NCBI GenBank assembly: GCA_963834325.1 | Contig: CAWIBL010000012.1 | Span: forward strand, 2,501,612 to 2,565,611 | Direction of reading: 5' to 3' | Origin: an uncultured Acidobacteriota bacterium | Lineage (GTDB): Bacteria; Acidobacteriota; Vicinamibacteria; Vicinamibacterales; UBA2999 | DNA: 64,000 nucleotides | Shown here: in pieces, positions 39,201-48,479 of the stretch | Numbering within the stretch: position 1 is the first letter of the stretch | How the letters are laid out: each line of letters opens with the position of its first letter | Made by a program: the position numbers and the translations under genes | The notes under the pieces: generated by a model | What the model saw: only the letters and a program-made list of their open reading frames with translations | Databases searched by the model: none | Told to the model about the DNA's origin: nothing

Positions 39201-40934
39201 CGCCGCCCGCTACCGCGACGGCCTCGGCACGCCGCTGCCGCCGGGCCTGCCGGCGTCGCTGCTCGAACCGGCGCCCGACGCCATCGCCGACCTGCTGCGC
39301 CGCTACGCCCGCACGCACGGCCCGTTCACCCCGGCCGAGGCCGCGGCGCGGTTCGCGGTCGGCCCGGCGGTCGTCGAGCAGACGCTGCGGCGGCTGGCCG
39401 AGACCGGCCGGGTCGTCGAAGGCGAGTTCCGCCCCGGCGGCCGCGGCCGCGAGTGGTGCGACGCCGACGTGCTGCGCTCGCTGCGGCGCCGGTCGCTGGC
39501 GGCGCTGCGCCAGGACGTCGAGCCGGTGGAGCCGCCCGTGCTCGGCCGCTTCCTGGCCGGCTGGCACGGGCTGACGGCGCCGCGCTCCGGACTCGACGCG
39601 CTGCTCGACGTCATCGAGCAGCTGCAGGGCGCGCCGCTCGTCGCCTCGGTGCTCGAGCGCGAGGTGCTGCCGGCGCGGGTGGCCGGCTACACGCCGGCGC
39701 AGCTCGACACGCTGGTCTCGGCCGGCGAGGTGATCTGGGTCGGCGTCGAGCCGCTCGGCGAGCGCGACGGGCGCATCGCCCTCTACCTGACCGATCAACG
39801 GGCGGCCCTGATGCCGCCTCGCCCCGACACCGCCGGCCTGGCCGAGCGCGAGGCCCATATCGTGGCCTTCCTGACGCGGCACGGCGCCGCGTTCTTCGGC
39901 CCCCTGCATGACGCGGTGGGCGGCGGCTTCCCGCAGGAGACCGTGGACGCGTTGTGGAGCCTGGTCTGGAAGGGGCTGGTCACCAACGACACCCTGCATC
40001 CGCTGCGCGCCTACTCGGCACCGGCCGAACGGGCCCGGCGCGACTCCAGGGCTCACCGCTTCCGCTCGCGGCGCCTGGTGCCGCCGTCGGCCGAAGGCCG
40101 CTGGTCGGCCCTCGACGCCACCGCGCAGGTCTCGCCGACGGCCTGGGCAACGGCGCTGACGCGGCAGCTGCTGGCCCGCCACGGCGTGGTGACCCGCGAA
40201 GTCACCGCGCTCGAACCCCTGGCCGGCGGCTTCAGCATGGTGTATCCCGTGCTGCGCCGGCTCGAAGACACCGGCCGCGTCCGCCGCGGCTACTTCGTGG
40301 CCGGGCTCGGCGGCGCGCAGTTTGCCGAGCCCGGCGCCATCGACCGGCTGCGGGCCGAACGCGATCCCGCCACCCGAGGCCCGGGCGGTGACGCTGGCGG
40401 CCACCGATCCCGGCCAACCCCTACGGAGCGCTGGTCGAGTGGCCGGCGTGGCTGGGCGCCCCGGCGCTGCGCGCCAGCCGCGTCGCCGGCGCGCGCGTCG
40501 TGCTCGTCGACGGCTACGCCACGGCCTGGATCGCCCGCGGCGAGCGCCAGCTGCTCGTGGCCCTGCCCGAGGAGGAGCCCGAACGCGGCCGCCGTGGCCG
40601 CGCCCTGGCCCGTGAGCTGGTGCGCGTCGCGCAGCAGTCGCCGGCCGAACGGCGCGGCTGGCTCATCGCCGAACTCAACGGCGCGCCGGCCACCGCCAGT
40701 CCTCTCGCCACATACTTCATCGAGGCGGGCTTCGCGGCGACGAGCGGCGGCCTGCAGTTGCGGGTAGCGCGGCGCGCGGCGGCGCCGGCCGCGGCGGTCG
40801 CGGGCCGGCGAGCCCGGCGACGCCGCCGGCGACGAAGCCGGCGGACACCTGCGGAGGGCGAGCCGTGCCTGAAGGCGATACCATCGCCCGGGCCGCGACG
40901 GCCATGCATGCCGCGCTGGCCGGGCAGACCGTGA
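36233..40934 (+). pseudogene. lhr: Lhr-type large ATP-dependent DEAH-box helicase; at least 12 frame breaks; 3-prime end uncertain
   Basis: Start at GTG 36233 or ATG 36236. It has ...WFASAFEQPTRPQRQGWPAI..LILAPTGTGKTLSAF, DEIH, ...STLIFVNSRRLAERL, ...QRIGRAGH and a long C-terminal region ending ...ATYFIEAGF.... Following the conserved sequence requires frame jumps near 36990, 37108, 37152, 37700, 37752, 38146, 38172, 38378, 38475, 38745 (opposite sign), 40367 and 40409. The stretch 38760-40360 is clean. The final frame stays open to 40934, overlapping nei. Confidence 0.85.
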
Positions 40935-41696
40935 CCCGCTTCACGACGGCCCTGGCGCACCTGGCGCGCGTCGACGACGACACGCCGCTCGCCGGCCGCA
41001 TCGTCGAGGCCTGCGCCGCGCAGGGCAAGCATCTCCTCATCACCTTCTCGGGCGGGCTGGTGCTGCGCACGCACATGCGGATGCACGGCTCCTGGCATCT
41101 CTATCGCCCCGGCGAACGCTGGCAGCGGCCGGTGCGGGCGATGCGCGCGGTCATCGAGACGGCCGGCGCGGGTGGCCGTGGCCTTCGACGTGCCCGACGC
41201 CGAGTTCATCCGCGCCGCCGACCTGCCGCGCTCGCGCGCCCTCGGCCGGGTCGGACCCGATCTCCTGGCCCCCGACGTGGACATCCCGGCCGTCGCGGCC
41301 CGGATCGCGGCCGAGCGCGACCGGCCGCTCGGACAGGTGCTGCTCGACCAGCGCGTCGCCGCGGGCATCGGCAACGTCTACCGCTCCGAGCTGCTGTTCC
41401 TGGCCGGCCTCCACCCGGAGACCGCGCGTATCGGCGGTCGCCGCCAGCGACCACTGACGGCCGTCGTCGAGACCGCCGTGCGCCTGCTGCGCGTCAACAC
41501 CTACTCGGCAGCCGGCGCGCGCAACACCACCGCGCGCACCGCGCCGGGTGAGAAGCTGTGGGTCTACAACCGCACCACTCGACCATGCCGCAGATGCGGC
41601 ACCCCAGTCGTCTCGGCGGCCGACGGTCTCGAGGCGCGGCGGGTCTACTGGTGTCCGGGCTGTCAGCCCGCTCAGCCGGAGATGCGGCCGGGGTGA
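40865..41696 (+). pseudogene. nei: Fpg/Nei family DNA glycosylase (endonuclease VIII-like); one frame break
   Basis: The GTG-encoded N-terminus is (M)PEGDTIARAA.... ...AMRAVIETAG continues as VAVAFDVPDAEFIRAADL...LLDQRVAAGIGNVYRSELLF... and the zinc finger CRRCG...CPGC (ORF 41172..41696). The jump is at about 41165-41172. Confidence 0.85.
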
Positions 41697-42496
41697 GCGT
41701 AGACGTTCATGGTGCGGCCGCGCACGAAACCGCACAACGTGATGCCCGAGGCCTCGGCCAGGTCGACGGCCAGGCTCGAGGGCGCCGAGACGCCGGCCAC
41801 GAGCGGCACGCCGCCGAGGAGCGCCTTCTGCACCAGTTCATAGGAGGTGCGGCCGCTCACGACCAGCATCGTCCGATCGAGCGGCAGTTCGCCGTCGAGC
41901 AGGGCGCGCCCGATGATCTTGTCCACGGCGTTGTGGCGGCCGACGTCTTCGGCGGCCCGCCGCACCCGTCCATCGAGGTCGCACAGCGCCGCGGCGTGGA
42001 GGCCGCCGGTGGCGTCGAAGGTCTCCTGCGCGGCCCGCAACGACACCGGCAGCGACGCGATCACCGCCGCCGGCACCGTCCAGGCGCCGGTGACGGCGGC
42101 GGCGCGCGAGCGCAGCGACGCGATGGTGCGCCGGCCGCACAATCCGCAGGCGGCCGTGGTGATGACCTGGCGGCGCTCGCCGAGCCGCGCCTCGACGCGG
42201 CCGGCCGCCGCGCCCGTGACGGTCACGTTGAGCACGTTGCCCACGGCCTCGAGGGCCACGTCGTCGCACTGCTCGATGGCCGCGACTTCGTCGGCGTGGC
42301 GCACGACGTCTTCGGCCAGCAGGAAGCCGGCGGCCAGCGCGAGGTCGTGGCCCGGGGTGCGCATGATCACGGCAAACGGCTCGCCGTTGACCCGCACCTC
42401 GAGCGGCTCCTCGACGGCCACGCGGTCGTGATCGACGACGGCGGCGGCACCGGTGAGCCGCACGATGGGCACGCCGCGGCTGCCGCGCTCGTTCAC
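41672..42496 (-). CDS. fdhD: Formate dehydrogenase accessory sulfurtransferase FdhD
   Basis: GTG 42496 overlaps the receiver-gene stop (GTGA). The 274-aa product has ...VRVNGEPFAVIMRTPGHDLALAAGFLLAE..., TAACGLCG, ...DVGRHNAVDKIIG... and ...VVSGRTSYELVQKA.... Only the last 274 aa of track ORF 41672..43042 are real. Confidence 0.9.
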   Translation of the reverse strand: MNERGSRGVPIVRLTGAAAVVDHDRVAVEEPLEVRVNGEPFAVIMRTPGHDLALAAGFLLAEDVVRHADEVAAIEQCDDVALEAVGNVLNVTVTGAAAGRVEARLGERRQVITTAACGLCGRRTIASLRSRAAAVTGAWTVPAAVIASLPVSLRAAQETFDATGGLHAAALCDLDGRVRRAAEDVGRHNAVDKIIGRALLDGELPLDRTMLVVSGRTSYELVQKALLGGVPLVAGVSAPSSLAVDLAEASGITLCGFVRGRTMNVYAHPGRISG

Positions 42497-42933
42497 ACCG
42501 GCCCCGCCGGCGGACGGCCGCCGTGGCGCCCGATCAGCTGCTCGAGGGCGCGCACCACGTCGGGCGGCGGACTCGGTTTGACGATGAAGCCGTCGCAGCC
42601 GGCCGCGGCCGCTTCGTCGGCCATCTGGGATTCGACGTGGCCGGTGATGGCGAGGACGGGGATGTGCCGGGTGCGCGGGTCGGCCTTCAGCCGGCGCGTG
42701 GCTTCGAACCCGTCGATGCCCGGCATCGAGAGGTCCATCAGGACGGCGTCGGGCGGCTCCTGGAACGCCAGTTCGAGCCCCTCGAGGACGGTGCCGGCCA
42801 CGGCCACGCGGTAGCCCGACACCACCAGCCAGGCGGCATACATTTCCCGCGCGTCGGCGTAATCGTCCACGACGAGGATCAGGGGGGCGGCCGCCACGGT
42901 GCTGATGCCGAGTATAGCCCCGGGGTCGGGCAC
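42493..42933 (-). CDS. Single-domain CheY-like response-regulator receiver
   Basis: ...PLILVVDDYADAREMY...PDAVLMDLSMPGIDGFE...IPVLAITGH...GCDGFIVKP.... There is no output domain. The start is uncertain: GTG 42897 is an alternative that would leave TATAGC 42913-18 intergenic. Confidence 0.8.
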   Translation of the reverse strand: MPDPGAILGISTVAAAPLILVVDDYADAREMYAAWLVVSGYRVAVAGTVLEGLELAFQEPPDAVLMDLSMPGIDGFEATRRLKADPRTRHIPVLAITGHVESQMADEAAAAGCDGFIVKPSPPPDVVRALEQLIGRHGGRPPAGPV

Positions 42934-42974
42934 CAGGTCGCCGGACGGGCGGCGAATCAGCTACGATTCGCTGC

Positions 42975-43478
42975 ATGGCGCAGACCTTTTCGTTCGACGT
43001 GACGTCCACCATCGACCTCCAGGAGGTGGACAACGCCGTCAACCAGGCCAGGAAGGAAATCGCTCAACGCTACGACTTCAAGGGGTCCCTCGCCACCATC
43101 GACCTCGACCAGAAGGCCAACACCCTGACGCTCACCGCCGAAGACCGCTTCAAGCTCGGGGCGGTGTGGGAAGTGGTGCAGACGCGGCTGGTGCGGCGCA
43201 ACGTGGCGGTCAAGAACATGAAGCCGGGCGATCCCGAGGCGGCCGGAGCCGGCACGATGAAGCAGGTGATCACGCTGCAGCAGGGCATCCCGAGCGACGC
43301 CGCGCGCGACATCGTCAAGTATCTCAAGGACCAGAAGATGAAGAAGGTGCAGGCCTCGATCCAGGGCGATCAACTGCGCCTGGCTTCGGCCTCCAAGGAC
43401 GATCTGCAAGAAGCCATGGCGGCCCTGCGCGGGCAGGACTTCGGCGTGGCGCTGCAGTTCGGCAACTACCGGTCCTGA
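42975..43478 (+). CDS. yajQ: YajQ family (UPF0234) nucleotide/c-di-GMP-binding protein
   Basis: Intact 167-aa ORF MAQTFSFDVTSTIDLQEVDNAVNQARKEIAQRYDFKGS...LQFGNYRS. Confidence 0.9.
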   Translation: MAQTFSFDVTSTIDLQEVDNAVNQARKEIAQRYDFKGSLATIDLDQKANTLTLTAEDRFKLGAVWEVVQTRLVRRNVAVKNMKPGDPEAAGAGTMKQVITLQQGIPSDAARDIVKYLKDQKMKKVQASIQGDQLRLASASKDDLQEAMAALRGQDFGVALQFGNYRS

Positions 43479-43569
43479 CCGCGCGGCGGACGCTCCGCGG
43501 TATCCTGTCGAGCGGCCGCGCAACGCTCCCCCGTCGCGTAGGAACGGCCGCCACCTTCAGGAGGATTGC

Positions 43570-44724
43570 GTGAAATCTACTCGACCCGTATTGGCCGTCA
43601 CGGCCGCGCTCATACTGGCGGCGGTGCTGGGCGCCTCGCAGATCTCGGCCCGCCAGGCGGCACCCGGTGCCCCTACGGACCTCAGATATCTGCTGAGCGG
43701 CAGCAACCTCACGCTGAGCTGGACCCACTCCACCGGGCCGTTCACCAGTTACCTCATCAACGTCGGCTCCACGCCGGGGGTGGCCGACCTGGCGGTGTTC
43801 CCGACGACGTCGTTCGTGGACCCCAGCAAGCTGCCGCAATACCTCTCGAGCCTGAACAACCCGGTGGCGCCCACGGGAAGCTACTTCGTCACCATTCAAG
43901 GCGTGAACAGCGGCGTCGTCGGGCCGCTGTCCCAGGAAATCAACATCGTCATCCCGGGCGGATGCGTGGCGCCCGGCGCTCCCGAGAACCTGACGGCGAT
44001 TGTGCGCGGCGCCTCTTCCTGGATCGCCTGGAATCCCGGCACCGGGGGCAGCCCGTCGGGTTACGTCCTCCAGGCCAGCACCGCGTCGGGGGCCAACTTC
44101 GCCGCCGGCCTGCTCGGCCAGGCCGCCTTCGGGGCGCCGGCCTTCAACACTTCCCTGCCGGCCGGCACGTATTACCTGCGCGCCTACGCCACCAACGCCT
44201 GCGGGACGAGCGGCTTCTCGAACGAGATCGCCGTCACCGCCGGCGTGAACACGCCCGCCCGCACCCCGGCCCCCGCCGCCGGGCGGCTGCCGCAGTTCGA
44301 CGTGCGCGGCGACGTGCAGCGTCTCGCGCAGCAGGCGCGGAATGCTGGACTGATGGACGCTTCGGTGTCGTGCCCGAGCCGGTCCGGCTTCAGCGACGCC
44401 GATATCGAAGCGCGCAAGGTCAACCTGAACGGCTACATCAACTACATGGTCGACAACCTGCGCCAGATCGATCAGCGCTTCGGCTACAACGCCAAGGATC
44501 CACGCTCGGCCGCGCTGGGCTCGCCGCTCAACGCCATCGTCGCCGGCGACGAATTCGCCTACCACCACGGCCGTGATGCGGCGCAGGGCTCGGCCAACGT
44601 CTACCTGGTCGACATCCTGGGCGGCCACTGCACCGGCGCCAACGGCGGCACACCGCGCGAAGCGGCGGACTACCGGCCGTTCTACAACGAATACGGCACC
44701 TGGACGGGCGCCGGCCGCTTCTAG
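43570..44724 (+). CDS. Secreted protein with two FN3-like modules and an unrecognised C-terminal domain
   Basis: GTG 43570 follows CAGGAGGATTGC. The signal peptide is MKSTRPVLAVTAALILAAVLGASQISA. Two similar modules occur (APGAPTDLRY..LTLSW... and APGAPENLTA...IAWNPG...YYLRAYATNACGTSGFSNE), followed by about 150 aa with no motif I recognise. Confidence 0.7.
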   Translation: MKSTRPVLAVTAALILAAVLGASQISARQAAPGAPTDLRYLLSGSNLTLSWTHSTGPFTSYLINVGSTPGVADLAVFPTTSFVDPSKLPQYLSSLNNPVAPTGSYFVTIQGVNSGVVGPLSQEINIVIPGGCVAPGAPENLTAIVRGASSWIAWNPGTGGSPSGYVLQASTASGANFAAGLLGQAAFGAPAFNTSLPAGTYYLRAYATNACGTSGFSNEIAVTAGVNTPARTPAPAAGRLPQFDVRGDVQRLAQQARNAGLMDASVSCPSRSGFSDADIEARKVNLNGYINYMVDNLRQIDQRFGYNAKDPRSAALGSPLNAIVAGDEFAYHHGRDAAQGSANVYLVDILGGHCTGANGGTPREAADYRPFYNEYGTWTGAGRF

Positions 44725-44730
44725 GTCACG

Positions 44731-44755
44731 GGGCCGGGAGCGAATCTCCCGGCCC
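44731..44755. terminator. GC hairpin after the FN3-protein gene (no U tract)
   Basis: gggccgggag-cgaat-ctcccggccc is a perfect 10-bp stem, 7 nt after stop 44724 and between convergent genes. Confidence 0.4.
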
Positions 44756-44812
44756 AGGGCCACGCCGGGGCGCGACGGTCAGTGCGGCGGGCCGCTGCCC
44801 GCGCCTCGCCGC

Positions 44813-45641
44813 TCAATCCAGGAAGAAGTCCGGCATCAGGTCCTCTTCCCGCGCGTCGTCCTGCAGATAGCCCGAAAGGTCGGTGATGCCGGCCTCGGCC
44901 AGGACCTCGTCGTCGATCAGGAAGCGCCCGGTGCAGTCGCGGCTGGGCCGGGTCACCACCTGGTGCGCCGCATCGGCCATGATCTGCCGCCCGGCGGGTC
45001 TTGCGCCGGCGCGTTTCCTCGCCGGCAATCAGGGTGATGGCGGCCGTGTCGATGGCGGTGCGCGGCCACAGCGCGTTGACCGCCACGCCCTGCGCGCGGA
45101 ATTCCTCGGCCATGCCCAGCACGCACAGGCTCATGCCGTACTTGGCCATGGTGTAGGCCACGTGGGGCGCAAACCAGCGCGGGTTCAGGTTGAGCGGCGG
45201 GGCGATGTTCAGGATGTGCGCATTGGCCGAGCGCCGCAGGTGCGGCAGGCAGTGCTGCGAGGTCAGGAAGGTGCCGCGCGCGTTCACCTGGTGCATCAGA
45301 TCGAAGCGGCGGATGGGCGTGTCGAGCGTGCCGGTCAGGTAGATGGCCGAGGCGTTGTTCACGAGCACGTCGAGGCCGCCGAAACGCTCCACCGCCGCTT
45401 TGACCGCGGCCTTGACCTGCACCTCGTCCCGCACGTCCATGGCCACGGCCAGGGCCTGTCCGCCGGCGCGTTCGATGGCCTCGGCGGCGGTGAAGATGGT
45501 GCCCGGCAGCCGGGGATGCGGCTCGGTCGTCTTGGCGGCCACGACCACGTTGGCGCCGTCGGCGGCGGCCCTGAGGGCGATGGCCAGCCCGATGCCTCGG
45601 CTGGCCCCGGTGATGAACACCGTGCGGTTGGCAAGTGTCAT
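44813..45641 (-). pseudogene. Short-chain dehydrogenase/reductase (HSDL2-like); one frame break near the 3-prime end
   Basis: MTLANRTVFITGASRGIGLAIAL...NNASAI...YTMAKYGM... (ORF 44721..45641) continues as ...QIMADAAHQVVTRPSRDCTGRFLIDDEVLAEAGITDLSGY...DFFLD* (ORF 44813..45028). The jump is at about 44990-45000. Confidence 0.85.
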
Positions 45642-45739
45642 GCGGGCATTGTCGCATCCCGCTCCCCATCCCTGCCGTACACACGAACGCCCGGCACGGC
45701 CGAGGCCGTCCGGGCGTCGCGAAGTTTCAGCGCGCGGCG

Positions 45740-46036
45740 CTACTCGACGTAGCTGTAGCCGCAGTTGTCACAGACCCACATGCGACCCTGCTTGTACATG
45801 TTGTAGGCGCACTGCGGGCAGATCCGGTATTCGCGGCCGTCCTTGTCGACGTAGCTCTTCTCGCCGCTCTTGCTCTTCTCGTCGTTGGCGAACGGATCTT
45901 TCTTCTCGTCCGGCTTCTGCTGGTCCTGATCCTGGGCGCGGGCCACGGCGGGGACGACGACGGTCAGGCCGATGGCGGCGGCAAAGAGCGCCGAGCCACG
46001 CAGAAAGTTCCGACGGTCAACGTTGGTCTCGAACAT
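45740..46036 (-). CDS. Small Tat-signal protein with a C-terminal 4-Cys zinc-ribbon/rubredoxin-like knuckle pair
   Basis: ATG 46036 follows CTGGAGGCAGTCGTAC. The sequence is MFETNVDRRNFLRGSALFAAAIGLTVVVPAVARA (twin-arginine motif), then a low-complexity QDQDQQKPDEKKD... stretch, then ...RICPQCAYNMYKQGRMWVCDNCGYSYVE. Confidence 0.7.
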   Translation of the reverse strand: MFETNVDRRNFLRGSALFAAAIGLTVVVPAVARAQDQDQQKPDEKKDPFANDEKSKSGEKSYVDKDGREYRICPQCAYNMYKQGRMWVCDNCGYSYVE

Positions 46037-46131
46037 GTACGACTGCCTCCAGTAGGGGCGAAACGACTGTGGTCAGTCTAGAGGAACTCCCACGGGGTGG
46101 AAAGTACTCTTTTGTCACCGACGCCCGAGGA

Positions 46132-46518
46132 TCACGACGCCATCGGGCGAATCTCGACCGTGCCGGTGAGGCGGCGCGAGACCGGGCACTTGCCGGCGAT
46201 CTCGGTGAGGCGGGTGCGCTGCTCGTCGCTGAGCGGCGCGGCGAAGGTCAGGCGCCGGTCGATGATGTAGGCGCCGTTCTCGTCGCGGCCGGTGAGGTCG
46301 ACCTGAATGGCGCCGGTCTCCCAGCCCTTGCGGGCGGCGTAGAGCTGCAAGGTCATGGCCACGCACGACCCGAGGGCGCCGAGCAGCATCTCGAAGGGAT
46401 TGGGGCCGGCATCGGTGCCGCCGATCCCGGCCTCCTCGTCGACGGTGACGCGATGGTGGCGGACGACGATGTTCTGGGCGAGCGGGCCGCCGGCGGATTC
46501 GACGTGCACGGTAGTCAT
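46132..46518 (-). CDS. OsmC family peroxiredoxin-like protein
   Basis: ATG 46518 follows GGAGGAGGCTGAGGTC. The sequence has ...GGTDAGPNPFEMLLGALGSCVAMTL...IAGKCPVSRRL... with two conserved Cys. Confidence 0.85.
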   Translation of the reverse strand: MTTVHVESAGGPLAQNIVVRHHRVTVDEEAGIGGTDAGPNPFEMLLGALGSCVAMTLQLYAARKGWETGAIQVDLTGRDENGAYIIDRRLTFAAPLSDEQRTRLTEIAGKCPVSRRLTGTVEIRPMAS

Positions 46519-46549
46519 GACCTCAGCCTCCTCCACCCCGCGCCCCGGG

Positions 46550-46939
46550 TCAACCGCGATTGATCATGAACGAGGCCATGTGATGGAAGAACGGCTGCAA
46601 CACCGCCACGGCGTCGTCGGGCAGGGCGGCGTCGACGAGCGCCTGGTCCATCAGCGCGACCCAGCGGTTGCGGGCGGTCATGTCGATGGCAAACGGAAGG
46701 TGGCGCATGCGCAGCCGCGGATGCCCGCGTTGCTCGATGTAGCGCGGCGGTCCGCCGAACCGGCCCACGAGGAAGTCGCGGAGGCGATCTTCGGCCCCGA
46801 CGAGGTCGTCGGCCGGATACATCGGCCCGAGAATGTCGTCGGTGGGGACCTGGGCGTAGAAGGCCCGGACGAGGCGGGCGAACCCGTCTTCACCGATGCG
46901 GGCGTAGACGAGACCCTCGTCGAGGGGCGGCGCAGTCAT
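46550..46939 (-). CDS. Group II truncated hemoglobin (GlbO-like)
   Basis: Intact 129-aa ORF with ...FARLVRAFYAQVPTDDILGPMYP...AEDRLRDFLVGRFGGPPRYIEQRGHPRLRMRHLPFAID.... Confidence 0.85.
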   Translation of the reverse strand: MTAPPLDEGLVYARIGEDGFARLVRAFYAQVPTDDILGPMYPADDLVGAEDRLRDFLVGRFGGPPRYIEQRGHPRLRMRHLPFAIDMTARNRWVALMDQALVDAALPDDAVAVLQPFFHHMASFMINRG

Positions 46940-47010
46940 CCTCCCATTCTATGTGCTATCAGCTGCGTCTCCGGCCGGCGCGGCGCGCCGCGCGGGACTA
47001 AGATGAAGCC

Positions 47011-47323
47011 ATGAACGACGACGACGCCCCGAAGAGCGCCATCGAGCTGGCCATGGCCCGCTTGAAGCAGAAGGACACCGACACCGGCACCGCCGACACG
47101 CCGCTCAGCGAGGCGCAGAAGGCGGCCATTGGCGAGACCCGCCAGCTCTACTCGGCCCGCCGCGCGCAGGCCGAGATCATGCATCAGGTCGAGCCTGGCC
47201 AGCGCCGTCGACGTGGAGTCGCTGACGCGGCTGAACGAGGAGTTCCGCCGCGATACCGACCGCATGACCCGCGAACTCGAGGAGAAGATCGCCAGCATCC
47301 GCCGCGGCTCAGCCGAGGCGTAG
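47011..47323 (+). pseudogene. Hypothetical small protein; one frame break
   Basis: MNDDDAPKSAIELAMARLKQKD...RRAQAEIMHQVE continues as LASAVDVESLTRLNEEFRRDTDRMTRELEEKIASIRRGSAEA* (ORF 47129..47323). The jump is at GAGCCTGG, about 47192. Confidence 0.5.
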
Positions 47324-48479
47324 GAGCGCGGTCTGCAGGTAGCGCGCGTCGGCGTCCGACAGCTCGGTCGGATAGTCGGGCGGCAGGCCGCCGATCGCCA
47401 CCAGGCGCGCCGGCCGCTGCGCCGCGCTGGCCGCCAGTTGGGCGGCGCCGAGCAGCGAGAAGCCGCGGGTGTTGGCGGCCAGCCACAGGTCGCCGCCGGG
47501 CGCGAGCACCTGGCAGGCGGCCGTCATCAGCGCGGCGTAGTCGCGGCCGACCGTGAACGCCGCGTCCCGCGCCGTCGAGAAGCTGGGCGGATCGATGAGC
47601 ACCAGGTCGAACTGGTCGCCGCGGGCGATGGCGGCCTCGAGATAGCGGCCCGCGTCCTCGGCCACGGTGTGGTGGCGCTCCGCCGCCAGCCCGTTCAGCG
47701 CGAAGTGATCGCGCGCCCAGGCCAGCACCCCTTCGGAGAGGTCGACGCTGGTCACGGCGGCGGCGCCGCCGCTGGCGGCGGCCACCGAGAAGGCGCCGGT
47801 GTAGGCAAAGAGGTTCAGGACGCGCCGGCCTTGGGCGATCCCGCTGATGCGGGCGCGCTCGTCGCGCATGTCGGTGAAGAGCCCGACGTTGACGCCGGTG
47901 GTCAGGTGCACCTCGAAGCGCCACGGCCCTTCGCTCACGATGAGGGCAGCCGGCGGCGGCTCGCCGATGATGGCCGCCACCCCCGGACCCGACGCCGCCC
48001 GGCCACGGACGCGGCGCTTGACCACGACGCCTTGGGCGATGCCGCGGTCGAGCAGCCCCTGGGCCAGCACCCGGGCCGCCGGCAGCACCGCGTCGCTCAG
48101 CGCCGACACCACCGCCCAGCCGCCGTAGACATCGGCGAGCACGCCCGGGGTCGCGTCTCCCGCGCCGTTCAGCAGCCGGTAGGCGGCGTCCGGCACGGCC
48201 AGGCGGAACGACGCGCGCAGCGCCTGCGCGGCGGCGAGGCGGGCTTCCGCCCACGCCGGGTCGAGCGCGTCGAGCGACGCGGGCGGCCGCGGCCATCACC
48301 CGCCAGCACTCGGCCGCGCGGTCGACGATGGCCAGCGCCACGGCGCCGTGGGCGCGCGAGTGCAGCGGCACTTCGGCGCCGTCGGCGAGGTCGGCCGGCG
48401 CCGGCAACAACCCGAACGGCACCTCGCACGATCGCGCGAGCCGCTCGCGCACGCGGTCGGGCACGTAAAGCGGCGTCAT
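47309..48479 (-). pseudogene. Class I SAM-dependent rRNA methyltransferase (RlmI/YwbD-like); one frame break
   Basis: ATG 48479 overlaps the upstream stop (ATGA). MTPLYVPDRVRERLAR...DRAAECWRVMAAAAR continues as SLDALDPAWAEARLAAAQALRASFRLAVPDAAYRLLNGAGD...VLNLFAYTGAFSV...LIDPPSF... (ORF 47309..48196). The jump is at about 48275. Confidence 0.8.
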
